64,000 nt of DNA from contig JADYZW010000022.1 of the NCBI GenBank assembly GCA_020852955.1, forward strand, positions 10,468 through 74,467, read 5' to 3'. The notes under the pieces were generated by a model. The model saw nothing but the letters and a program-made list of their open reading frames with translations, ran no database searches and was not told the origin of the DNA. The translations under genes and the position numbers were made by a program. This document shows, in pieces, positions 48,895 to 56,174 of the stretch (within the stretch, counting starts at the first letter, position 1; each line of letters starts with the position of its first letter). The stretch is from Deltaproteobacteria bacterium (GTDB lineage Bacteria; Desulfobacterota; Binatia; UTPRO1).

Positions 48895-48975
48895 CGAAGA
48901 ATGTTAACCCGTACCATCTAGCCTTTCCAGGAGCTAACACGTATCGTCCCCGCACCACAAGGAGGACGAGACTCG

Positions 48976-49203
48976 ATGGAGAAACCACTACACACGGCGC
49001 GCGAGCTTGCAGCTCACCTCAAGATCGCGCTGTCGACGGTCAGGGCGTACACGCGGCTGACGGACATCCCCCGCCACCCGATCGGCCGCCTGATCCGTTT
49101 CAACCTGTCAGAGGTTCAGCAGTGGCTGCGGGACGGTGGATCGCTCGCACCCGGTCACCGCACGAAGACCGAGCGTGCGAGGGCGCGTGACGATGCAGCC
49201 TGA
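48976..49203 (+). CDS. AlpA/excisionase-family HTH DNA-binding protein
   Basis: 75 aa. AGGAGGA RBS. ARELAAHLKIALSTVRAYTR...IRFNLSEVQQWL matches the MerR-like excisionase/AlpA HTH pattern. Confidence 0.75.
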   Translation: MEKPLHTARELAAHLKIALSTVRAYTRLTDIPRHPIGRLIRFNLSEVQQWLRDGGSLAPGHRTKTERARARDDAA

Positions 49204-49708
49204 CCTCGCCCTGGTGTCCCCGTTGGACTGGGCACTGCACTACATCCAGCACGGCCTGTACGTGTTTCCGCTGCACACGCCTCGGGGCACGGGATGCTCG
49301 TGCGGGAAAGCGCCGTGCAAGGATGCAGGGAAGCACCCGCGAACCGAGCACGGATTCCATGACGCCACGATCGACCCTGGTCTCGTGCGGGAATGGTTTC
49401 ACTGCTGTTCTGACGCGAACGTAGGCATTGCGACCGGGCAGAAGAGCGGGATCATCGTGCTCGACGTCGACTTTCGCAGCGGCGGCGACGTCAGCATTGC
49501 GGAACTGATCGACCGCTTCGGGTGGTTCGACACTCCCGTCGTGAAAACTGGAGACGGGCGGCACCTCTACTTCAACCACCCCGGCGGTCAGGTGCCCTGC
49601 ACCCGTAGCCTCAGCGGTTATCCTGGGATCGATCTTCGGGGCGACGGTGGGTACGTCGTCGCACCCCCGAGTCTCCACCCCTCTGGAAGGCGCTATGTTT
49701 GGGATTAA
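49193..49708 (+). CDS. bifunctional DNA primase/polymerase (Prim-Pol) N-terminal domain protein
   Basis: 171 aa from the inner ATG. GLYVFPLH..., GIATGQKSGIIVLDVD, GRHLYF, GDGGYVVAPPSLHPSGRRYVW. Ends abruptly just after the conserved Y.W. Confidence 0.8.
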   Translation: MQPDLALVSPLDWALHYIQHGLYVFPLHTPRGTGCSCGKAPCKDAGKHPRTEHGFHDATIDPGLVREWFHCCSDANVGIATGQKSGIIVLDVDFRSGGDVSIAELIDRFGWFDTPVVKTGDGRHLYFNHPGGQVPCTRSLSGYPGIDLRGDGGYVVAPPSLHPSGRRYVWD

Positions 49709-50906
49709 GCCGCTTTCGAACATGCCTCCGGAGCTAGTGGAGCTTTTCCGGAAAAAGCCCCCTCGTCCCGTCGTCCCGGAGTCGTTCACGGTGGCTCGCG
49801 CGCTGTCACCTCGGATGCAGCGGCTGCTTCGGAGTGGGGACGTGGATCATGCGTACCGAAAGCGTGATGGCTCCGTGGACCAATCACGCATGATCGCGGC
49901 AGTGCTCCTCGAAATGGTGAACGCGGGGTGGACGGTCGAGGCTGCGTATGCGGCCCTGATGAACCCGCGCAATCCCGCAGGCCACAAGGTCCAAGAGCGA
50001 ACCAACAAGAGCGCGCGACAATACGTGCGACTGGCGTATCGGCGCGCACTCCATCGGGCACGCACTGATCCGGCCTTCCGCGATCGCAACGACGCTCTGG
50101 CTGTCCTGGCTCCCCTTCGCGATCAAGCCTTGACCATGACGTTGCCTCGCGGCGGCGGCGTTGCACGTCGCGCACTAGAGGCATCGTACTTCGCGATGCT
50201 GACTCTTGCGGAGAAGAAGGGCGGGCCCGTCTTCCCAGCGAGCTACCGCGAGATCGCGGAGACAGCGGGGCTTGGACTCCGCTCCACCTACAAGGCGGTT
50301 CGTGAACTGATCCGGCGGGAACTCGTCAAGGTCCGTCGGAAAGGAAGAGGGACGAAGGGGTCCACCTGGCGGCTGGTGCTGCGAAAGGAGGACCAACTGA
50401 CCACACTATCACCTAGAGATACAGATGGGCTAGATGATAGTGTGGTTCCTAGGGGAACTATTTACAACGACAGAACAATATGGGGAAACATCTCAAGATT
50501 CCACAACCACGATCTATTCCGGTACCGCGCGTTTGGCAAGACCGCAGGCATGATCACGGCTCACCTGTCGATCGACTGTCCGCTGACCCCGCGTGAGCTT
50601 GCGCAGCGGTGTCACTGCACGACCGCCACGGCCAAGCGAGTCTTGAAGAGACTGGCCGAGAACGGCATCGCGGTTCAGGCTCTTACAAAGAAGGAGTGGC
50701 TGCGGGGCTCTGCTTCCTTGGACGAGGTTGCCGTAACCACTGGGGCGGCGGGACGAGGCGAGAAGCAGAAGCGGCAGCATCAAGTCGAACGCGACCAGTA
50801 CGCGCGGTTGCTGCGACACTGGCGACGCGGACCGCTCAAGATGGTGCGAAAGAGAAGCAACGAGTGCCATCGTGAACCAACGAAGGAGACTAGGAAGGGA
50901 GGGTAA
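49695..50906 (+). CDS. replication protein C-terminal part (helical primase-associated region plus two winged-helix segments); possibly the frameshifted continuation of the Prim-Pol gene
   Basis: 403 aa from ATG 49695, in the +1 frame relative to 49193..49708 and overlapping it by 14 nt. wHTH-like REIAETAGLGLRSTYKAVRELI and RELAQRCHCTTATAKRVLKRL. Confidence 0.65.
   Translation: MFGIKPLSNMPPELVELFRKKPPRPVVPESFTVARALSPRMQRLLRSGDVDHAYRKRDGSVDQSRMIAAVLLEMVNAGWTVEAAYAALMNPRNPAGHKVQERTNKSARQYVRLAYRRALHRARTDPAFRDRNDALAVLAPLRDQALTMTLPRGGGVARRALEASYFAMLTLAEKKGGPVFPASYREIAETAGLGLRSTYKAVRELIRRELVKVRRKGRGTKGSTWRLVLRKEDQLTTLSPRDTDGLDDSVVPRGTIYNDRTIWGNISRFHNHDLFRYRAFGKTAGMITAHLSIDCPLTPRELAQRCHCTTATAKRVLKRLAENGIAVQALTKKEWLRGSASLDEVAVTTGAAGRGEKQKRQHQVERDQYARLLRHWRRGPLKMVRKRSNECHREPTKETRKGG
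50401..50445. repeat. inverted repeat inside an AT-rich patch of the rep ORF (candidate element ori)
   Basis: ccacactatcacctag - 13 nt - ctagatgatagtgtgg: 16-bp arms, 1 mismatch, inner 11 bp perfect. The surrounding 50401-50520 is about 43 % G+C by hand count. Confidence 0.6.
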
Positions 50907-51098
50907 ATCGGAGTATGCGTCCGTATTCGCGGGCTCGCTGGTTCCGAAGAGTCACGCATGGCCCCGAGGCGTGTGTCCCAGCTGCATTGTCGCCTGACGT
51001 GAGTCGCGGGAAGAGAGCAAAGTCCTCCCCACCCCAGCTGCGTTTCGTCGCCTTCGATAGCAGTAGCTACCCGACGCGTGTGAATCTGTTCGATGGTC

Positions 51099-51383
51099 TT
51101 ACGGCCAATCGACCATTCCGGCCTTGGTCTTGCAGGACACGGTATCGATACACTTCGGCCGCTTCGCGTGCTTTGCGAGAATCACCTTTGCGATGGCGAC
51201 GGCCTCATCCATGTTCCGACCGTTGAAGTTTTCGCTGTTCAACGGATTGAACATGGCGTCGCACTTCTGTGCGAGATAGCGACACTCCGCAGCCTCGTTG
51301 GGTAGCGCCGCCGCAATCTCTGGGCCTCCGGCCCAAACCATCGATGGTAGTACCACCACGACTAAGGCTGCCACTTTCCTCAT
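51099..51383 (-). CDS. small exported 4-Cys protein (ECRYL paralogue, short form)
   Basis: 94 aa from the inner ATG. Signal MRKVAALVVVVLPSMVWA. AAALPNEAAECRYLAQKCD and AKHAKRPKCIDTVSC are shared with the upstream paralogue. Confidence 0.6.
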   Translation of the reverse strand: MRKVAALVVVVLPSMVWAGGPEIAAALPNEAAECRYLAQKCDAMFNPLNSENFNGRNMDEAVAIAKVILAKHAKRPKCIDTVSCKTKAGMVDWP

Positions 51384-51433
51384 GATCGAAGCCCTTTCCA
51401 CGTCTGTTGCGTCGCGGGATCGAGGGGATGAGC

Positions 51434-51886
51434 CTACGGCTTCAGTTTTCCGTTCTCGTCGAGTTCGCTGCACTGCTTGAGGCATGCTGGCGGGGTCTGA
51501 TGCTTCGCTGCGATCACGTCAGCGGCTGATTTGATCTTCCTGCGCGCCAGACCCTGCCTGCTGCTCGCGATACGAGCCAGGCGTTGGGCATCGGTCGCAC
51601 GTTCCAGATCACTTGGGCTACGGCTCCGCTCAGTCGCCTCAATCGCGCTTCCCGCGTCCGCGATCGCACGGCTTGCTTCCGAACGAGCCGCTTCGGCGTC
51701 CTCGCACAACCTCAGCAGGTAACGACACTCTGACGCCTCGTCCGGAAGTGCAGCTGCCGTCGCTCCCGCTCCGTCATCACCCCCGATCAGCGGCTGTGCG
51801 TCGAGTACCGCCGCGAACAGGAGGACTGCACCGGTCGCGATGAGCACGGTGACTCTACGACGTGCCATCAACGCAGCCAACGTCAT
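51434..51886 (-). CDS. small exported 4-Cys protein (ECRYL paralogue, long form)
   Basis: Last 150 aa of the 51434..52645 ORF. Signal/TM VTVLIATGAVLLFAAVL. AAALPDEASECRYLLRLCED and AKHQTPPACLKQCSEL. The ATG overlaps the stop of the upstream gene (ATGA). Confidence 0.6.
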   Translation of the reverse strand: MTLAALMARRRVTVLIATGAVLLFAAVLDAQPLIGGDDGAGATAAALPDEASECRYLLRLCEDAEAARSEASRAIADAGSAIEATERSRSPSDLERATDAQRLARIASSRQGLARRKIKSAADVIAAKHQTPPACLKQCSELDENGKLKP

Positions 51887-52338
51887 TGCGGTATGCAGTT
51901 GCCCGAAGCACCGCAGTTGTGAGAGTCGCAGATGCCCCCGCACTCCGCGTCTGAACAATCGAGGCGACACTGCCCCGTTTCGCATCGCCCCACCCGTAGG
52001 GCGTTTCCTATCTTGCTGACTTCCGGATCGCCGCCCTGTCCGCAGTCCGGATTGAAGGGCGCACCAGGGCACTGGCAGAAGAAGAAGCGCCCGTCCTGTA
52101 GACAATCCGCACCATCGGCGCACTGGGCGTTCTCGCCTGGCGTCGCAGTTGGATTCGGAACGGGATTGCAGTTCAGTGTCGCGGGCAATCCAGCTGCGGC
52201 GCGAAGCACGTTCACTCCATCGGTCACGGTAACCCGACCGTCGCCGTTGACGTCTCCACAGACCTGAGCCATCCCGGATGTGGGAAGCGCGAGGGCAGCC
52301 AGTAGAAGGAAGTATCGAAACAAGAGCGGCGTTTTCAT
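51883..52338 (-). CDS. exported dockerin-like / cysteine-rich protein
   Basis: 151 aa from MKTPLLF. Signal peptide ending ...PTSGMA, a dockerin/EF-hand-like CGDVNGDGRVTVTDGVNVLR, then about 14 Cys in the last 95 residues. Confidence 0.65.
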   Translation of the reverse strand: MKTPLLFRYFLLLAALALPTSGMAQVCGDVNGDGRVTVTDGVNVLRAAAGLPATLNCNPVPNPTATPGENAQCADGADCLQDGRFFFCQCPGAPFNPDCGQGGDPEVSKIGNALRVGRCETGQCRLDCSDAECGGICDSHNCGASGNCIPQ

Positions 52339-52676
52339 GGCCGCGCCCATAGCGCGATCGGCGAGCGTTCTTCAAGGACGCGGATCGGAACGCGAGCACA
52401 CTCTGCGGCTGCAACACCGAATTTGGTTTCGCTACTCCCTTCGATCGAGGCCACACCGCGCTAGCTGACCTGCGTGGTGCGCGCGGAAGTTCTAGCCACC
52501 CACGCTCAAGACCAATGATCCGACGCGCTACGAGGCGATTCTGCGCGTTCTGAGGGCACTTCCAGCGAACGCGATGCGAGGAGTGCTCTACCCCTCCGAC
52601 CCGCCTGGCGCTGTGGCACGAAACGTAGCTGAGGCGCGGTGACAAGCGGCGATACTGAGAACGACCGAGGAGAGAA

Positions 52677-52714
52677 TCTCACGGAGCGAACGTTGTTGAT
52701 TCCGCTCCGTGAGA
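52677..52714 (-). terminator. strong hairpin just inside attR (possible insulator/terminator or attP arm structure)
   Basis: Perfect 12-bp stem tctcacggagcg / cgctccgtgaga with a 14-nt loop. On the minus strand it is followed by ttctctcc. Confidence 0.3.
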
Positions 52715-52759
52715 CTCGCTCTTGCTCGGTGTTTCTTGGTGCAGAGCACGCCTGGAGGT

Positions 52760-52799
52760 TTAGGAATCCTGTGCTCTATCCACCTGAGCTACGGGGGCG
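52760..52799. repeat. attR core (orphan copy of the tRNA-Arg 5' half)
   Basis: 40/40 identity with 47128-47167. The sequence on its 3' side (minus strand) does not continue the tRNA, so it is a fragment and not a gene. Confidence 0.9.
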
Positions 52800-52907
52800 G
52801 ATGCGATCTGAGTTACCGGCTCGCCGTCCAGGTGTCCAGGCAGCCCCGTCGCGGGCCCTCCCGATTTGCCGTCGACGAGACCGCCGGATAGCTAGAGCGG
52901 TCGCGCG

Positions 52908-53618
52908 ATGTCGTCACGATCCTTCGCACCCGCTCCGTCCGACCTGCGAGCGGCCATCCTGATTCCGGCGTACGACTGCGCCAGCACCGTCGGCGCCGTC
53001 GTCGCGGACGCGCGCGCTCACGGATTGCCCATCCTCGTCGTCGACGACGGCTCCCGCGACGCGACGGCAGCCGTCGCACGCGCCGCCGGAGCCGCGGTCG
53101 TACGCCACCCGTGCAATCGCGGGAAGGGCGCCGCGCTCGTGACCGGCATGCGGACGCTCGCGGAGCGCGGGTTCACGCACGCGCTCACCATGGACGGCGA
53201 CGGCCAGCATCTCTCACGGGAGATTCCCACACTGCTCGATGTGGCATCGGCGGATCCTTCGGCGATCGTGATCGGCATCCGACGGCGCGGCACCCAGGAG
53301 GTGGCGGGCATCAACCTCTTTGGCAATCGCTTCGCGAATCTCTGCGTCCGAAGCGCCGCAGGAGTGCCGCTGCTCGACACACAGTCCGGATTCCGCGTCT
53401 ACCCTCTCGCGGCGACGTTGGGTTTGCCACGGCAAGGCGAACATTTCGAATACGAATCAACGTCGCTCATCTTCGCCGCGCGCGCTCGTGTGCCGATTCG
53501 TTCGGTCGCGGTCGACGTCTACTACCCGCCCGTCGCCGAACGGCGCAGCCACTACCGCAAGGTCGTAGATACACTCCGCATCATCCGCGCAGTCGCTCCG
53601 CTCCTAGTGCGACGCTGA
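52908..53618 (+). CDS. family 2 glycosyltransferase
   Basis: 236 aa. LIPAYDC, VVDDGSRD, NRGKGAA, TMDGDGQH motifs. Confidence 0.85.
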   Translation: MSSRSFAPAPSDLRAAILIPAYDCASTVGAVVADARAHGLPILVVDDGSRDATAAVARAAGAAVVRHPCNRGKGAALVTGMRTLAERGFTHALTMDGDGQHLSREIPTLLDVASADPSAIVIGIRRRGTQEVAGINLFGNRFANLCVRSAAGVPLLDTQSGFRVYPLAATLGLPRQGEHFEYESTSLIFAARARVPIRSVAVDVYYPPVAERRSHYRKVVDTLRIIRAVAPLLVRR

Positions 53619-53694
53619 GGCAGCGTGTTGCTACTTTTGCGGCGGCGTCCGGGGCGTCATCGCCCGCAATCCGGCGTCCACACGGGCGGTCGCC

Positions 53695-53988
53695 GTGGCA
53701 TTCGTCTTGCTCCCCTCTCGGGTCGGAGGGCATGGACACGTGGATAGACTCGCACCCGTCATTCGTGACTTGAGAGGTCGCCTCGGCCTCACGCAAGAGG
53801 AGTTCGCACACGCGCTCGGCATCACGGTGAGCACCGTGAACCGGTGGGAGAAGGGGCATTCCGTCCCGAGCAAGCTCGCCCGCGCATCATTGGCGCGATT
53901 CGCCGGTCGTCGCGGAGTCGCGGTCGAGAGCCTTCTCGAAGAGCAAGCGGTCGAGGGCCTGCCGCCCCGCCCAGCCTCCGTGAATTGA
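53695..53988 (+). CDS. XRE-family helix-turn-helix protein
   Basis: LRGRLGLTQEEFAHALGITVSTVNRWEKGHSVPS is a classic Cro/C1 HTH. The start is uncertain; GTG at 53740 would give 82 aa. Confidence 0.7.
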   Translation: MAFVLLPSRVGGHGHVDRLAPVIRDLRGRLGLTQEEFAHALGITVSTVNRWEKGHSVPSKLARASLARFAGRRGVAVESLLEEQAVEGLPPRPASVN

Positions 53989-54120
53989 GGTGCTCGTCCC
54001 GGAGCCCGCCGCTCCGGGACGAGTCGTTCCGCGCGCATCGCGCTGCCCCGCCTCGCCGGGGTGGCCGGAACCTTCCCGCCCGAGCTTCTGTCGCGACCCC
54101 AGTCCCGGTAGAAGCTCCTC

Positions 54121-54624
54121 ATGGTTCGATTCCTGCTGTCCATGCTCGTCGCTGTCTGCGCCTGCACGAGCCCGCCCGCCCGTGATCCCGCGGTCGTCGA
54201 GGACGTCCTCGAATACGTTCAGAAGATCAAGAAGTGGGAGCCGGTCGAAGCGGAGACCCTGAAGGCCATCAAGGACGTCCGGACGAGCCAGTTCGTCGAC
54301 GACGAGTACGTGGTCGCGACGCTCGGCGCCGTCATGGACGACATGCAGCTCCACCTCACCGAGATCGACCGCTATCAGCCCCGGACCGCTCCCGTGACCG
54401 AAGTGCACGCGCGCTATCGCAAAGCCTGGAACGATCTTCGCGATGCCTTCACCTCGATCATCGACGCCATGCAACGCAAGGATTACGGCGCGCTCTCCAC
54501 GGGAACCGAACGCCTGCGAACCTCGCGCCAGGAGCTCCTCCTCGTCGCCGCCGCGCTCGACATCCTGCTCGAGGATTCCGGCCTGAAGGACCCGCAGGGC
54601 GCCGCCAAGCCCGCGAGCTCATGA
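54121..54624 (+). CDS. hypothetical all-helical lipoprotein
   Basis: 167 aa. Signal plus lipobox-like LVAVCAC. No recognisable domain. Confidence 0.55.
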   Translation: MVRFLLSMLVAVCACTSPPARDPAVVEDVLEYVQKIKKWEPVEAETLKAIKDVRTSQFVDDEYVVATLGAVMDDMQLHLTEIDRYQPRTAPVTEVHARYRKAWNDLRDAFTSIIDAMQRKDYGALSTGTERLRTSRQELLLVAAALDILLEDSGLKDPQGAAKPASS

Positions 54625-55436
54625 GCCGGGCGAAGCCGCCAGCCACCGACGTTCGCGACGATGCCGCCACGTTGATCGGCGAGGTAGGGCGCAGCGCCGA
54701 GGACGCCCGGCGCTATCGCGCCCTCGCCGCCACGGTGGCCGATCCCGTCTTCGATCGCGTCCTGACGATCGGCACGGACGTCCGTCGGGCCGCCCGCGAG
54801 GGCCGCTTCGGACCGATCGCGGCCGCGGTCGACGAGCTGCGCGAGCTGCTCCGACGCTGCGAGGATGGCGTACGCCGGGTGCGCGAGAGCCCGCCCTACC
54901 ACGAGATGCTCCGTGCCTACGGCACCGGCAGCGCGGTCCGTGCCGCCGAGCTCGCCGCCACGGTCTTCACCGACGTCGACCTCGCCTTGCCGACGCGAAC
55001 GCTGCACTGGACCATGCCGCTCACCGCCAGACTGGCGCCCGACCATTTCATTCCCCCGGAACAATGCGCGGAGGCGATCCGCGAGATCGCGGCAAACGGC
55101 CTCCCCGCGCCGGCCGACGTCCCCGACCTCGCAGGGGACGCGTCGATCCTCCCCATCCGCCTCCTGGAGACGATCGACGGCGCCGAAGGGCCGATCACGC
55201 TCGCCTATGGTTCCGGATCGCTGGCGGGGCCTCTGGGGCGACTGACCGAACGCAAGGTCTGGCTCTGGTACGCCCCGAAGCTCCGCAGCGCCTTTACGGT
55301 ATGCGCGACGGATACGGTCAGCGACGACTGGTGGCAGGTTCGCCCTTCCGCCTACGCCGCCTATCTCGAAGCGCTCCGCGAACACCTCGACGCCGTGGCG
55401 ATCCCTTTCGAGATCGCCCCGACGCCTCGGGATTGA
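54621..55436 (+). CDS. hypothetical protein
   Basis: 271 aa from the inner ATG, overlapping the upstream stop (ATGA). Good GC3 bias. No recognisable domain. Confidence 0.5.
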   Translation: MSRAKPPATDVRDDAATLIGEVGRSAEDARRYRALAATVADPVFDRVLTIGTDVRRAAREGRFGPIAAAVDELRELLRRCEDGVRRVRESPPYHEMLRAYGTGSAVRAAELAATVFTDVDLALPTRTLHWTMPLTARLAPDHFIPPEQCAEAIREIAANGLPAPADVPDLAGDASILPIRLLETIDGAEGPITLAYGSGSLAGPLGRLTERKVWLWYAPKLRSAFTVCATDTVSDDWWQVRPSAYAAYLEALREHLDAVAIPFEIAPTPRD

Positions 55437-55445
55437 TCACCGCGC

Positions 55446-56039
55446 TCAGCGATCGTCGGCGGCGTCTTCGAGCGCCGGCTCGGCCGGCGCCACTTCCACC
55501 GTACCCGCGGGCACCGTCTCGGCCTCGATCAAGGCGACGGGCTCTTCCTCCTCGTGCAAGACCACTTCGCGCCCCCGCAACGTGTGCTGCTCGCGGACGA
55601 TCGGATCGAAGTTGCCGAACTGATAGCGCTCGGTGCGATCGAGGTGATCCGGACGGATGTAATACGCGCCCTCGACGGTCGGCCGCCACATCGAGCGGGC
55701 CGTCCGGAGGTCTCCGCCCGTCAGCCAGCCTTCGACGCCGCCGAGTCCGGCGCCCACGACGCCGACCACGAGACGGACCGGGGCATAGAACACGCTCAAC
55801 ACGGTGGAGGCGACCCCCATACCCCATTCGGCGCCGGCGCTGTGGGATTCCTCCACGACGACGTCCCCGAACGGCGCGCGTTGATGCACCACCCTGTGCT
55901 CCCGGGCGACCGGCCCGGGCTCGACCGCCTCCTGCTCCGTCGCCGCGTGCGGCCGCGCCTCGAAGTCCTCGATGCTTCCCGCGTACGCCGGACCGCCCGT
56001 CACCACCACCAACGCCACCAAACCGACGAAGACTCGCAT
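55446..56039 (-). CDS. hypothetical exported/membrane protein
   Basis: 197 aa from the inner ATG. Signal MRVFVGLVALVVVTGGPAYA, a Gly-zipper-like hydrophobic segment (VVGVVGAGLGGVEGW), and an acidic C-terminus. Confidence 0.5.
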   Translation of the reverse strand: MRVFVGLVALVVVTGGPAYAGSIEDFEARPHAATEQEAVEPGPVAREHRVVHQRAPFGDVVVEESHSAGAEWGMGVASTVLSVFYAPVRLVVGVVGAGLGGVEGWLTGGDLRTARSMWRPTVEGAYYIRPDHLDRTERYQFGNFDPIVREQHTLRGREVVLHEEEEPVALIEAETVPAGTVEVAPAEPALEDAADDR

Positions 56040-56174
56040 CGACGTCACCTCCGCGGAGATTTCAAGGTATGTTGCCAGCCTTGCCTTCGAGGCGCAACGA
56101 CTATTCGTCGCCCCCCGAGGACCGGCGGCCGGTCCCCTCCCCTTCACGCTCGTCGCCGCCCCACGCCACCGCTC

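Larger units (their letters stand above)
47128..52799. mobile_element. about 5.6-kb integrative element inserted in tRNA-Arg(CCT)
   Basis: Perfect 40-bp direct repeats at both ends, and a tyrosine integrase next to the tRNA. Also an AlpA/Xis-like HTH, a Prim-Pol/replication gene, and a clearly lower G+C: hand counts of 60-nt lines give 45-63 % inside versus about 75 % in the flank. Confidence 0.88.

Noticed and set aside
51887-52645. N-terminal 253 codons of the 403-aa minus-strand ORF 51434..52645
   Set aside because: This part overlaps the dockerin-like gene out of frame and has Arg/Ser-rich composition. Only the last 150 aa, with a signal peptide and paralogy to 51099..51383, look genuine.
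52760-52799. A second tRNA-Arg gene
   Set aside because: Only the 5' half (acceptor 5' strand, D arm, anticodon 5' stem and loop) is present. The sequence that should form the 3' half (52720-52759) does not match and cannot complete a cloverleaf. It is interpreted as attR.
53631-54474. Minus-strand ORFs 53631..54167 and 53887..54474
   Set aside because: They are antisense to the XRE HTH and lipoprotein genes, which have clear motifs and signals. The minus-strand ORFs themselves have no recognisable features.
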